This document shows positions 9,079 to 19,554 of a stretch of DNA of 64,000 nt, in pieces. A model generated the notes under the pieces. That model was not told the DNA's origin and ran no database searches. It saw only the letters and a program-made list of their open reading frames with translations. A program made the translations under genes and the position numbers. Each line of letters starts with the position of its first letter. The first letter of the stretch is position 1. Source of the DNA: Paracoccaceae bacterium (lineage in GTDB: Bacteria; Pseudomonadota; Alphaproteobacteria; Rhodobacterales; Rhodobacteraceae); the NCBI GenBank assembly GCA_965214325.1, contig CBDCBG010000004.1, forward strand, positions 190,843 to 254,842, written 5' to 3'.

Positions 9079-10985
9079 ATGGAGATGCGCATCGAGGATT
9101 CCGGGACTTCGCCCGTTCCGGACGTTGCTGGCGACGGGCCCCTTTCGTCGTCGCGGCCGGCGGCGTCGGCGCCCGGTCCGGTCGACCGGGAATTCCTTTG
9201 CGAGCGCGAGCGTGTCCGTGCCGATGAGGCGGAAGCCCGCGCGGACGCTGCGGAGGCGCGCTGCGAGGACCTGCGCTGGAGGGAGGTGCGGGCCCGGCAC
9301 CGCGCAAGCAGCCTGGAAACGGCTGTCGAGAGGAACCGGGCGAAGCTGAACGCCGCCCGCGAGGCGGTCAGGAATGTCCGCCGGACGGCGAAGCGCGCCA
9401 TTGCGCTGGAGAAGGAGGTTGCGCGGCTGGGCAGGCTTCTCGCGGAGGCCGGCGTCGATGCGCGGAAGCGTTCCACGGTCATGTCCCTGCGCATGGAGAA
9501 CGCCGCCCTGAAGGCGGAGGCGGGCGATCTGCGCGACAGGGTCGCGGCGCTCGAGGCGCGGAACGACGAGCTTCGTTCGAGCAGGTCCGCGATGTCGAGA
9601 TCGCTGTTCGGCGGCAAGAGCGAGAAGAGGCCGGGGCCGTCGTCGAGGCGCGGGCGCGGCCAGCGGCCCGGGGCGCCCGGCCATGGCCGCACGCCCCGGC
9701 CGGACCTCGAGGAGAAGGAGGAACGGGTGGACCCGCCGGAGGACGCGCGGACCTGTTCCTGCTGCGGCAAGCCCTATGTCGCCAACGGCTCGCATGACTC
9801 GGAGGTCATCGAGATCGAGGTGAAGGCGCACAGGCGGAGGATCGTCCGCCCGCGCTGGCGCCGGGGATGCGACTGCGCCTCCTCGCCGTCCGAGGTGACG
9901 GCGCCGCCGCCGGCGCGGCTGTTCCCCGGCACGGCCTTCGGGACCAGCGTGTGGGCGCTTGTCCTGCACGAGCGCTTCATGTTCATGCGGCCCTGCCGCC
10001 GTGTCGCGGCCTGGCTGACATGCCAGGGCCTGGCGGTCTCGGCGGGGACGCTGGCCGACGGCACGGGCCGCATGCCGCCCCTGTTCGAGCCTCTCCGGGA
10101 GGCGGTCCTCGCGCGCCAGAACGAGGCGGGGCTGCGCCATGCCGACGAGACCGGCTGGCGGATCCAGGCCTTGAGGGAGATCCGGAAGTCGCACCGCGCC
10201 TGGCCCGGACGTCCGTCAGCCATGACGCGGTCCTCTTCCACGTCGACCGCACGCGCAGCGCCGAGGCCGCCGCGAAGCTGTTCGCCGACGCCGCCGGTCC
10301 CGTGCATCTGGTCTGCGACCGCTGCAGCGCCTGCAAGAAGCTGGCGCGCCTGTTGCCCGCAATCGTCATCCTGTGCTTCTGCTGGGCCCATTCCAGGCGG
10401 GATTTCCTGAAGTGCGCGACCGGGCGGCCGCGGCTGGCGGAGTGGAGGGACGAACGGGTCGACCGGATCGCGGGGACCTGCCGGCTGAACGCTGTCCGGC
10501 TCGGCTGCCTCGACCCCGGCAGCGGATCCCGGAAGAAGGGGTTCGAGGCGGCGCAGGCCGAACTGGAGGGTGCGGTCGCCACGCTGTTCGCGGAAGCCGG
10601 GCGCCAGCTGGGGAAGCTTCCGGAGGGGGCGCCGGAGGGCAAGCCCCTGCGCTCGCTGCTCAAGCACCGCGAGGGGCTGTGCGTGTTCCTCGGCCATCCC
10701 GAGGTTCCCATGGACAACAACGTCGCGGAAAGGGCCGTCAGGGGTCCGGCCATCGGGCGGAAGCTCAGCTTCGGCTCCGACAGCGAGGCGGGCGCCCGGA
10801 TGACGGCGGTCATGCATTCGGTCCTCGGCACGGTCGCGAGGAACGGTCTCGACGTCCTGCGCTGGCTCGGGGCGTGGCTTGACGCCTGCGCGGAGAACGG
10901 CGGCCTCCCGCCCGGCGACCTGTCGCCCTGGCTGCCGTGGTCGATGAGCGAGGAGAGAAGGCAGGCCTTCCTGGCGCCGCCGTGA
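9079..10985 (+). pseudogene. IS66-family transposase with internal frameshift (about 10,200)
   Basis: Coiled-coil N-terminus, CxxC zinc motif (CSCCGKPY), ADETGWRIQ, then the frame switches to ...SVSHDAVLFHVDRTRS...CWAHSRRDF...MDNNVAERAVR (IS66 motifs). No slippery heptamer at the shift. Confidence 0.8.
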
Positions 10986-11859
10986 CCGACGAGGTCGAGT
11001 GCCGCTGTCATGGCCATGACTTCACCGTCGCCGAAATGAGGCTGCTGCGCGAACTGGTCGCCACGGAGCCGACCCGGGCGGCCATCGCCCGCGCCTTCTG
11101 CCGCCGCATCGGCTGGCTGAAGCCCGACGGCGGCCTGAAGAGCATGATGGCGAAGGTCGTCATGCTGAAGATGCACCGCGACGGGATCATCGAGCTGCCG
11201 CCGCCGTCCCGGGCGCCACCCGTCCCGAAGCCGATCACGTTCGGGCCGGACACCGAGCCGCCTCCGCTGCTCCCCGTTCCGAAGGCCCTCGACGAGGTCC
11301 GCCCGCTGGATGTCCGGATCGTCAGGAGCGGCACCCGGGCAGGCAGGCTCTGGAACGAGTTCGTCGCCCGCTGGCACTACCTCGGATACACGCGCCTCGT
11401 CGGCGCGCAGATGCGCTACGCGGTCCATGACCGGAACGGCAGGCCTCTGGCCATGCTCGGCTTCTCGACCGCCGCATGGAGGCTGGGCCGAGGGACGCCT
11501 TCATCGGATGGACGCCGGAACTGCGCGAAAGGAACCTCCCGCTCGTGGTCGACAACCCGAGATTCCTGATCCTTCCATGGATGGCGGTTCCGAACCTGGG
11601 GTCCCACATCCTCTCGCTCGTCCGCAGGCGCCTGCCCGAGGACTGGACCGTGCGCTACGGCACCACGCCCGTGCTCTGCGAGACCTTCGTGGAGGTTCCG
11701 CGCCACAGCGGCGGCGTCTATCGTGCGTCAGGCTGGATCCGCGTCGGAACGACCAAGGGGCGCGGCCGCTACGACCGGCACAACAAGGCCGACAAGCCGA
11801 AGAAGGACATCTGGCTCTGCCCGCTCCGGAAGGACTGGAAGCGGACGCTCAACCGCTGA
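10982..11859 (+). pseudogene. DUF4338 (DruA-like) domain protein, frameshifted near 11,480
   Basis: GTG overlaps the transposase stop (GTGA). Homologous to the intact copy 51100..51978 and to the N-terminal half of 37196..39385 (RFLILPWM..NLGSHILSL, ETFVE...GGVYRASGW). One frameshift after AAWRLG. Confidence 0.75.
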
Positions 11860-12047
11860 CCCTCGTCCTGTCCTGTCCGCAGGCCGGATTGCAGCCCGTC
11901 GTCATCGAGGCACGGACGTCGGTCTCGGCGACGCCACCGCAGCGGAAAGCGGGGTCGGCACGATTGCGCATTCAGCGCGGCGGCAGTCAGGAAAGAAAGT
12001 CAGGCAGACAACGAAGACAGCTCGTCACCGCTCGACCGAACGCTTAC

Positions 12048-12477
12048 TGCAAAGGCGGCGAAACGCTTCCTTGGCAAGGCGTTGAAGGACTTGAAAGATT
12101 GGGAGCGACCACGGGTGATCAACACGGACAAGGCCCCGAGCCGTGCTGTCGCCCTGGCCGAACCGAAGGCCGAAATCACGCGCCCGGGCGACGTGCAGCA
12201 TCGTCAGGTCGAATATCTCGACAACATCGTGGAGGCCGACCACGGCAAGCTCGAACAGCTGATCCGCCCGGTGCGCGGGTTCAAGACGATGAAATCGGCT
12301 TGCGCCACGATCAAGGGCTTCGAAGCGATGCGTGCCCTGCGCAAGGGTCAATCCCGCAGCTTCGACCTGACCGGTGACATCAAGGGTGAGGTCCGCATGA
12401 TTGAACGCGCCTTCGGATTGGGCCAATGCGCCCTGACCGAGGCGATGACCATGCTCGAAGGCCGTCCGGCAGCATGA
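12048..12477 (+). pseudogene. IS6-family transposase, C-terminal part
   Basis: Continues AKAAKRFLGKAL... then VINTDKAP..., [43 protein letters not shown], the typical IS6 C-terminus. Confidence 0.8.
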
Positions 12478-12626
12478 AAAAAGGAAAAATTCCGACTTTT
12501 CAACCTCAGAACAAATTTTCAACAGAGCCCGAAGGATCGTATGCCGCATTGGAAGAGACGCACCTCATACGGCTCCGGGCTTAAGAGCAATGGATTTAGT
12601 GGCCGTTGGTGGGCTGAGGGTCGGAG

Positions 12627-13655
12627 CTAAACGTTCTCTGAAGTATGTATCTCGAACCCAAGGGCGACGTTTTGTGCGCCAGCCTCAACCCCGCCCTTCT
12701 TGAGTTGGATCATCGTGTCGATTGATGCGCGCGCGAACGGTTCCAGCGGGTGAGAAATCACCATTTTCAACGTTCCGTCGATCAAAGCGTTGCGTGTTGT
12801 GTCAAAGAGCTCGTAGCCGACCGCGACAAAGTCGTCGCGTCTCTTGATATCGCGCAGGGCCGCAATGGCACCTGAAATACCTCCGCCCGAGACAAAAAGC
12901 CCGCAAAGGTCAGGGTGCTGACGGAACAGGGTTTCAACCTTCTCTTGTGCAACGGCGGCGGATTCGTAGGTGGCTTCGGGTTCGAGCAAGGCAAACGCCG
13001 TATTGTGTTCGCGGAAATAGGATCTGAACCCGGTCTCATTCAGTTCCTGATTTCGGTAGCGGTGGTTGCCCACGAGGATTCCGAGCCTGCCCGGAACGCG
13101 CACCATATTGTCAAACGCCCAGGCTGCCGTACGCCCGACGGAATAGGCATCGAGCCCGACGAAACTGACGCTAGAGCGCGCATTCAGCGGGGCGATGAGT
13201 GCGACGACGGGCACTCCACCCGCGACACATGTATCGATGGCATCGGCGACTTTTGGGTGTTGTGCGGCGACAAGGGCGACGGCATCGCAGGTCTGGTATA
13301 GACCGGTCAGCCGTGCGGCCACATTGTCCGGGGACAGATCGTCAAGGTAATGCAGCGTAAGTTCCACGGGAGCATCGACGTGGTGTTTGGCTTCCTGGCG
13401 AAGCGCGTTCCCGAGATTGCGATAGAACGCGCGTCCGCCCTGCTGAAGAAGTATGCCCAGCCTGTGTATGTCACGGCCTTTTCGGACCGAGCGCTCAAGT
13501 GTACCGAGGCCATAGAATCCGATTTCTTCTGCGGTCGCTAGAACATGCTCGCGCGTGTGTTCTCGCACCGACTCAGGTTGGTTCAGGACGCGGTTGACGG
13601 TCGAGACAGAAACGTCGGCCGCCTTGGCGAGATCGGAGATCGTCAGGCGTTTCAA
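12627..13655 (-). CDS. LacI-family transcriptional regulator
   Basis: N-terminal HTH MKRLTISDLAKAADVSVSTVNRVLNQ plus a periplasmic-binding-fold sugar sensor domain. 342 aa. Paralogue of 16130..17158. Confidence 0.9.
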   Translation of the reverse strand: MKRLTISDLAKAADVSVSTVNRVLNQPESVREHTREHVLATAEEIGFYGLGTLERSVRKGRDIHRLGILLQQGGRAFYRNLGNALRQEAKHHVDAPVELTLHYLDDLSPDNVAARLTGLYQTCDAVALVAAQHPKVADAIDTCVAGGVPVVALIAPLNARSSVSFVGLDAYSVGRTAAWAFDNMVRVPGRLGILVGNHRYRNQELNETGFRSYFREHNTAFALLEPEATYESAAVAQEKVETLFRQHPDLCGLFVSGGGISGAIAALRDIKRRDDFVAVGYELFDTTRNALIDGTLKMVISHPLEPFARASIDTMIQLKKGGVEAGAQNVALGFEIHTSENV

Positions 13656-13826
13656 AGCTTCGCCTTGATATCAAGATGACTAACCATGTCTCATAATGAC
13701 ATAGTCATGCCGCATAATGAAACAATAATCAAGTTCACCATGAACCATTCTTGATCTGCCATCAGGCGAGGCTCAAAGAAAGAGGTGCATCATGATCGCG
13801 ATGCACCGGCTTTGGAGGGTTACGCC

Positions 13827-14852
13827 ATGGACGATCTTCAATTCGGAACGCGGGACAAGCGGGGCAACTGGACACCGAACGCCCTGGCAGAGCCCGCGCC
13901 GATCTGGCAGCGGCCATTCTCCCTTCGGAAGGTGGTTGCGTGGATCCCGGAATACATCTGGCCATGGAACACATTTCACCTTGCAACCGCGCTTCTCTGG
14001 ATTCTGGTGCTGATCCCGAGTTGGGAAAGCCTCGCCACCCTTTCGCTGGCCAATTACCTCTACCTCTATCTGCTTAACGCGGCTGGTATGATCCTGTTCC
14101 TGGGCGGCTTCGAGTTTGTCTACTACATCAAGCGCAAGCAAGAGAACCGTTTCAAGTACAACGCAAAGTTTCCGGCGGATCATCCCTCGGATGTCTTTTG
14201 GTTCAAATCCCAGAACCTCGACAACTTCATCCGCTCAATCTTCGTTACCGTGCCTTTGTGGACCGTGGTCGAGATCGTGATGCTCTGGGCTTATGCCAAC
14301 AGCTGGGCCATCTGGCTGCCATGGACGACGCAATGGCCGTGGCTCGGCTTCGTCATCCTGATTGCGCCCGCAGTGCACGAAGTTTACTTCTTCTGCCTGC
14401 ATCGCGCGATCCACTGGCCGCCGCTCTACAAATATATCCATTCCGTGCACCACAACTCGATCAACCCGAGCCCGTGGTCGTCACTGTCGATGCATCCCGG
14501 AGAGGGCTTCCCCTACATGGCAGAAGCCTGGCTGCACCTTTTGATCCCGTCGAACCCGGTCTGTGCGTATTTCACGCTGCATTCAGTCGGCTTTGGGGCC
14601 GTCAACGGGCATCTCGGCTTCGAAAAGTTCGAACTGACCGAAACCACCACGCTCGATAGCCATGCCTATGTCCACTACCTGCATCACAAGTATTTCGAGG
14701 TGAACTACGGAGGCGACGGGCTTGTGCCACTCGATAAGCTCCTTGGAACTTGGCACGACGGCTCGAAGGAATCCGACGAACGGATGAAAGAACGATTCCG
14801 CAAGAAGAAGGAACGCATGAAAGCCAGGCAGACCGTGACGCCAGCCGAATAG
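13827..14852 (+). CDS. fatty-acid hydroxylase / sterol desaturase-family membrane oxygenase (MocD-like)
   Basis: Three His boxes HEVYFFCLHRAIH, HSVHHNS, HYLHHKY. Several TM helices. GGAGGG RBS before ATG 13827. Confidence 0.85.
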   Translation: MDDLQFGTRDKRGNWTPNALAEPAPIWQRPFSLRKVVAWIPEYIWPWNTFHLATALLWILVLIPSWESLATLSLANYLYLYLLNAAGMILFLGGFEFVYYIKRKQENRFKYNAKFPADHPSDVFWFKSQNLDNFIRSIFVTVPLWTVVEIVMLWAYANSWAIWLPWTTQWPWLGFVILIAPAVHEVYFFCLHRAIHWPPLYKYIHSVHHNSINPSPWSSLSMHPGEGFPYMAEAWLHLLIPSNPVCAYFTLHSVGFGAVNGHLGFEKFELTETTTLDSHAYVHYLHHKYFEVNYGGDGLVPLDKLLGTWHDGSKESDERMKERFRKKKERMKARQTVTPAE

Positions 14853-14934
14853 AGCGCCGACGTCTACCGCAAGGCACCTGAACCGATACCCGCAGCGACG
14901 GGCAGCCCACCTTACTCAAAAAGGAGAATTACAT

Positions 14935-15246
14935 ATGGCCGAATGGATCGACGCCTGTGCTGCGGACGACATCGAGGAAGAGGATGTGATACGTTTCGAT
15001 CACGGACCGCGAACCTTCATCATCGTGCGCGACCACGAAGACAATTACTACTGCACCGACGGCCTCTGCACGCATGAGGAAGTGCATCTGTCGGACGGTT
15101 TGGTGGTCGAAGCCACGATCGAATGCCCAAAGCACTCATCCATTTTCGACTGCGCCAACGGCGAGGTTGAAACGCCGCCGGCCTGCGAAAACCTGCACAC
15201 CTATCCATCAAAGGTCGAGGGCAGCCGCGTGTTTGTCGAAATCTGA
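14935..15246 (+). CDS. Rieske [2Fe-2S] ferredoxin (MocE-like)
   Basis: CTHEEVHL ... CPKHSSIF (CxH...CxxH Rieske ligands). 103 aa. AAGGAG RBS. Confidence 0.9.
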   Translation: MAEWIDACAADDIEEEDVIRFDHGPRTFIIVRDHEDNYYCTDGLCTHEEVHLSDGLVVEATIECPKHSSIFDCANGEVETPPACENLHTYPSKVEGSRVFVEI

Positions 15247-15261
15247 TCGGGGAAACTGAAT

Positions 15262-16080
15262 ATGTACCACAATCGGCCGCATGTCGAAGAAATCCGTGCG
15301 ATGAAGAAGCGCGGCGAAAAGATCTCGATGCTCTTTGTCACCACCCCCGAGGAAGCCGCTGCCGCCGGCGCTGCGGGGATCCATATGCTCTCCATCGAGG
15401 GTCGGTTTTTCGATGCCCAGATGCGCGAGGCGGCGGGCGATTGCTTCGTCCAGGTCGGGCTGCCCTACGGCGGCTGGGGCCGGTTCGAGGGGCGGCCGAT
15501 TGCCACCGCCGAGGATTACCTCCGGGCCGCGTTCCACTATGCGGGCATCGGCGGAGATGCGTACTATTGCGCGGCGTCTTACGACATTCAGAAGGTGCTC
15601 TGTGACAACCATCTGCCGGTCGTCGGACATATCGGGTTGATCCCGAGTTACATCACCTGGACAGGTTGGCGCGCCGTCGGAAAGACGGCTGACGAGGCGG
15701 AGGCTTTGTGGCACCACACGCAAAAGCTGGAAGAAATCGGCGTCTTCGGTGCAGAGCTCGAGGTGGTGCCCGACCGCGTCGCGAAATTCCTGACCGAGAA
15801 TTCTTCGCTGATCATGCTGGGAATGGGCGCCGGCAAGTATGCCGACGCGCAGTATCTTTTCACCGAAGATGTCTGCGGTTATGGCAAGGACCACAAACCA
15901 CGACACGGGAAGATGTACCGCAACTTCGCGCCCGAGTTGGAACGCCTGCAGAGCGAACGCATTGCGGCCTTCAAGGAGTACAAAGCGGACGTGGAGGCCG
16001 GCGACTATCCCGCAGCGGAACATGTCGTTCCGATTCAGGACGATGAGTTTGACGCCTTTCTGGCAAAGGTGGGCGCTTGA
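15262..16080 (+). CDS. 3-methyl-2-oxobutanoate hydroxymethyltransferase (PanB)-like protein
   Basis: PanB-like pattern KKRGEKISML..T, VVGHIGLIPS, GAELEVVP, MLGMGAG. Divergent from canonical PanB around the active-site DS/GDS region. Confidence 0.6.
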   Translation: MYHNRPHVEEIRAMKKRGEKISMLFVTTPEEAAAAGAAGIHMLSIEGRFFDAQMREAAGDCFVQVGLPYGGWGRFEGRPIATAEDYLRAAFHYAGIGGDAYYCAASYDIQKVLCDNHLPVVGHIGLIPSYITWTGWRAVGKTADEAEALWHHTQKLEEIGVFGAELEVVPDRVAKFLTENSSLIMLGMGAGKYADAQYLFTEDVCGYGKDHKPRHGKMYRNFAPELERLQSERIAAFKEYKADVEAGDYPAAEHVVPIQDDEFDAFLAKVGA

Positions 16081-16129
16081 CCAGTGCTACTGCCATGTCC
16101 CTTTGGGAGTGTGGCGGATTGACAGGGGG

Positions 16130-17158
16130 TCAGACACTTCCGGGCGTGTAGATGTCGAAGCCGAAGGTGACGTGGTGTGCACCTGCATCGCGGCCTCCGC
16201 TCTTGGCTTTCATCAAGGTTGCGATGGTTTCGCGGGCAAAGCGTTCCATCGGATGCGAGATGATCATCGACAGAGTGCCGTCGATCAATGCTGCACGCGT
16301 GTCGTCGAAGAGCTCGTACCCAACCGCAACAAAGTCGTCTCGTTTCGGCATCGCCCGGAGCGCGGCAATTGCGCCGGTGACGCCGCCGCCCGAAATATAG
16401 AGGCCACAGAGGTCCGGATGGTCGGTCAGTATCTCTTCGACGTGCTCGCGTGCGACGTCAGCGGACTCATAGGTAGGAAGCGGCTCAAGAACCGTGAAAT
16501 TGGCGTTGTGTTCGCGGAAGTAGGATCGGAATCCGCTCTCGTTCATTTCCTGGTTGCGAAGTCGATGACTGCCGACAAGAACCCCGATCTCGCCTGGATC
16601 GCGTACCATCTTGTCGAAGGCCCAGGCGGCGGTTCGTCCGACCTTCCAGTTGTCGAGCCCAACGAAGCTGATGTTCCCTTTCGCGGTTAGCGGACCGATG
16701 AGTGAAACGATCGGTACGCCAGAACCCAGAACTGTGTCGATGGCATCGGCCACAAGAGGATGCTGTGGAGCGACGATGGCGAGCGCCTCGCATCGTTCCC
16801 CCATTGAGAGCATGTGCTTGGCGACTTTTTCGGGTGTCAGATCCTCAAGGAACTCCACTGTCAGCTCGATCGTGTGACCGTCATAGGCTTCGGCAGCGGC
16901 GGCGATAGCGTCACCAAGATTTCGATAGAAGGCCCGCGACCCTCTCTGCAGGAGCACCCCCAAGTGATGAGTGGTTTGCGTGGATTTCACGGCATGCTCG
17001 ATGGCGCCGAGACCATAAAAACCAATTTCTTCGGCAGCAGCCAGCACACGCTCCTGCGTCGGAGACCGAACAGACTTTGGTTGGTTCAGTACACGGTTGA
17101 CCGTGGACACCGAAACGCCAGCGGCCTTTGCGAGGTCAGGGATTGTTGGTCTCTTCAT
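16130..17158 (-). CDS. LacI-family transcriptional regulator (paralogue)
   Basis: MKRPTIPDLAKAAGVSVSTVNRVLNQ. 342 aa. Colinear with 12627..13655 along its whole length. Confidence 0.9.
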   Translation of the reverse strand: MKRPTIPDLAKAAGVSVSTVNRVLNQPKSVRSPTQERVLAAAEEIGFYGLGAIEHAVKSTQTTHHLGVLLQRGSRAFYRNLGDAIAAAAEAYDGHTIELTVEFLEDLTPEKVAKHMLSMGERCEALAIVAPQHPLVADAIDTVLGSGVPIVSLIGPLTAKGNISFVGLDNWKVGRTAAWAFDKMVRDPGEIGVLVGSHRLRNQEMNESGFRSYFREHNANFTVLEPLPTYESADVAREHVEEILTDHPDLCGLYISGGGVTGAIAALRAMPKRDDFVAVGYELFDDTRAALIDGTLSMIISHPMERFARETIATLMKAKSGGRDAGAHHVTFGFDIYTPGSV

Positions 17159-17455
17159 CTCATTTCATCTCAAATTCTCAACGTCTCGAAACGAAATGAG
17201 ACGAAAAAGCTCCGTAGGTAGGATTGTGCTTGATATGTATGATGTCAACATTGCATTGAGAAGAGCTGATGACGCTCACGAGAGAATCGAGGCGTCAACG
17301 TTTTGGGGGAGGCCCAATGCACAGTTGCGAGATGAAACGACCTGCTCTGGCAGACCGGTCATCCTGTGCTCTCTCTCGCGAGCAAACCGGCCTGATGGCC
17401 AACACGATATGTCGAGCCGCAATGGAGCGGCCTTTACCAAAGGGAGGAAATCGAC

Positions 17456-18415
17456 ATGACTTTCACCAAAACCCTCGCAGCAACGGCGACCGCAGCACTT
17501 CTCGCGTCCGGTGCTTACGCGCAGGACATCGCCGTGATCGGCGGTTCGGCCCAGGACGGCTTCTGGAACCTGATCAAGAAGGGCGTCGATGACGCAACGC
17601 TGATGGTCGAAGCCAATGGCGGTTCGGTCAACTACCTGCTGACCCAAAACTACGACAACTTCGGCCCCGACCTCGTTCAGCTGATCGAACAGGCCGTCGC
17701 ACAAGGCGTTGACGGCATTGCGATCCCGAACTGGATTCCTGAGTCCGAAACTCCTGCGCTCATCGCGGCTGCAGAAGCGGGTGTCGTGATCACCTCCTAC
17801 AACGCTGGCCAGTCTGAAATCGACAAGTACGGTGCGCTGAACTACTTCGGCTCGGACGAGTACCTCGCCGGTGTCGCAGGGGGAAAATACCTAGCCGAGC
17901 AGGGTGCAAAGAAGATTCTCTGCCACATCCAGATCCCCGGCGCGATCAACCTTGAAACCCGTTGCGAAGGTGTGACGGACGGTGCCAAGGAAGCCGGCGC
18001 TGAAACCTATATCGTCCGTGTTCCGGCCAACCTCGATGGTGACATGGTTGGAACATCGGAGGCCATAAAGGCAGAGCTGATCGGCGACGACAGCATCGAC
18101 GCCGTGATCAACCTGGCCGCTTGGGCTGCAGACGCTTCGGCAAACGCGATCAACGAACTTGGCAAAACTGACAGTGTCATGCTCGGCACGTTCGACATGT
18201 CAGCGTCGGTTCTGAACCGCATTTCCGAAGGCACCCAGACCATGGCCATCGACCAGCAACCCTACCTGCAGGGCTTCCTGGCCACGTCCATGTTGTTTGC
18301 AAACCTGAAGTTCGGCACCGAGATTGCCACGCAGCCGGTTCTGACCGGGCCGGCCATCGTTGATGCATCGAACGTCGCATCGGCCATCGCAGGCGTTGAG
18401 CTGGGCGCACGCTAA
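17456..18415 (+). CDS. sugar ABC transporter substrate-binding protein (RbsB/MocB-like)
   Basis: Signal peptide MTFTKTLAATATAALLASGAYA and periplasmic binding protein type I composition. 319 aa. Confidence 0.85.
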   Translation: MTFTKTLAATATAALLASGAYAQDIAVIGGSAQDGFWNLIKKGVDDATLMVEANGGSVNYLLTQNYDNFGPDLVQLIEQAVAQGVDGIAIPNWIPESETPALIAAAEAGVVITSYNAGQSEIDKYGALNYFGSDEYLAGVAGGKYLAEQGAKKILCHIQIPGAINLETRCEGVTDGAKEAGAETYIVRVPANLDGDMVGTSEAIKAELIGDDSIDAVINLAAWAADASANAINELGKTDSVMLGTFDMSASVLNRISEGTQTMAIDQQPYLQGFLATSMLFANLKFGTEIATQPVLTGPAIVDASNVASAIAGVELGAR

Positions 18416-18508
18416 GCGACCTACGAAGAACGAGGTCCGGCCGATTTGGCCGGATCTCATCCGAGCGGTTAGACTTGGAACATTCGCGAGAAACTGGAGG
18501 CGGCTCAA

Positions 18509-19543
18509 ATGACTGATGCAACTGAAGACGCCACCACAACCTCTGCTTCGCAGGGCTTTTCCATTGGCGATTTCTTTCGCAGCCCGGCTGCTGGCGCCTT
18601 CATGGGTTTCGTCGCAGTCTTCATCATCTGCGCGATTTTCGGGTTCAGCAGAAACTTCCTCTCCGTTCCAGGGGTTTCCACGTGGGTGAATTTCGCATCC
18701 CTTGTCGGGATCATTGCCATTCCGGTCGGCTTTCTGATGATCGCAGGCGAGTTGGATATCTCAACCGGTGCGGTTCTACCGGCCGGTGCGATGACCGTGG
18801 CCATCCTTTCAGGGCACTATGAGCTGCCTGTTGTCGTCGGGATGGGGGCTGCTCTCGGCGTTGGTGCCTTCATCGGCTTCGTCAACGGATTCATCGTCAC
18901 ACGTACGCAGGTGCCATCGTTCATTGTCACCCTCGCGACGCTCTTCGCGGTGGCCGGTCTGACGCTTTTCCTTTCGATCACGCTGATCAACAACACCAAC
19001 TCTTTCTACCACGCTCCCGACTGGGCAAAGGTGATCTTTGGCAGCAAGATTTTCGGGTTCAACTCGTCGGTCTTCTGGTGGCTTGGGCTGGTCTGCATAT
19101 TCTATTTCACATTGCACAAATCTCCTGTCGGCAGCTGGATCTTTGCGTTGGGCGGCGACCAGGAAAGCGCACGCAACGCGGGTATTCCGGTGCGTCGCCT
19201 GAAGATCAGCCTATTCATGTTGTGTTCCACCTGTGCGGCCTTTGCCGGTACGCTTCAGGCGATCACCTTCAATTCCGCGACCAGCCAGGCCAACTTCGGC
19301 CTGATCTTCAACACGATCATTTCGGTTGTTGTCGGCGGTGTTCTTCTGACCGGCGGGTTCGGAACGGTCATGGGCATTGTCTTCGGGGTCCTGACGCTGT
19401 CGATCGTGACCCAGGGGATCGGCTTCACCGAGATCGACCGGAACCTGTCCTTCCTGATCATCGGCGTGATGCTTCTGATCGCGGTTCTGATGAACGACAC
19501 CTTCCGCAACCTTGCGACCAGCTGGCCGTCAAAAAAGAAGTAA
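18509..19543 (+). CDS. sugar ABC transporter permease (RbsC-like)
   Basis: 344 aa, polytopic, typical ribose-type permease sequence (GELDISTGAV, VPSFIVTLATL). Confidence 0.85.
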   Translation: MTDATEDATTTSASQGFSIGDFFRSPAAGAFMGFVAVFIICAIFGFSRNFLSVPGVSTWVNFASLVGIIAIPVGFLMIAGELDISTGAVLPAGAMTVAILSGHYELPVVVGMGAALGVGAFIGFVNGFIVTRTQVPSFIVTLATLFAVAGLTLFLSITLINNTNSFYHAPDWAKVIFGSKIFGFNSSVFWWLGLVCIFYFTLHKSPVGSWIFALGGDQESARNAGIPVRRLKISLFMLCSTCAAFAGTLQAITFNSATSQANFGLIFNTIISVVVGGVLLTGGFGTVMGIVFGVLTLSIVTQGIGFTEIDRNLSFLIIGVMLLIAVLMNDTFRNLATSWPSKKK

Positions 19544-19554
19544 GGAGAGAACAG

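Larger units (their letters stand above)
8975..12047 (+). mobile_element. IS66-type element carrying a DUF4338 gene, copy 1 (3,073 bp)
   Basis: Termini GTAAGCGTTCGGTCGAGCGGTGACG / inverted complement (IS66-type GTAAGCG ends). Perfect 8-bp TSD TGCAAAGG at 8967..8974 and 12048..12055. Confidence 0.85.
8568..12529 (+). mobile_element. IS6-family element (copy A), disrupted by a nested IS66-type element
   Basis: Left IR GGCTCTGTTGCAAA and right end TTTTCAACAGAGCC resemble the IS26 IR GGCACTGTTGCAAA. The IS6 transposase halves flank the insertion. No flanking 8-bp TSD. Confidence 0.8.

Noticed and set aside
10170-10230. Shared frameshift in the IS66-type transposase as programmed ribosomal frameshifting.
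   Set aside because: There is no slippery heptamer or obvious downstream structure at the shift site. An inherited mutation is the simpler explanation (kept as a low-priority test in the findings).
10982-11859. DUF4338 genes as evidence for a Druantia defence system (also 51100..51978 and 37196..39385).
   Set aside because: No DruB-E-like large ORFs or helicase genes are adjacent. All three copies lie inside IR/TSD-bounded insertion sequences.
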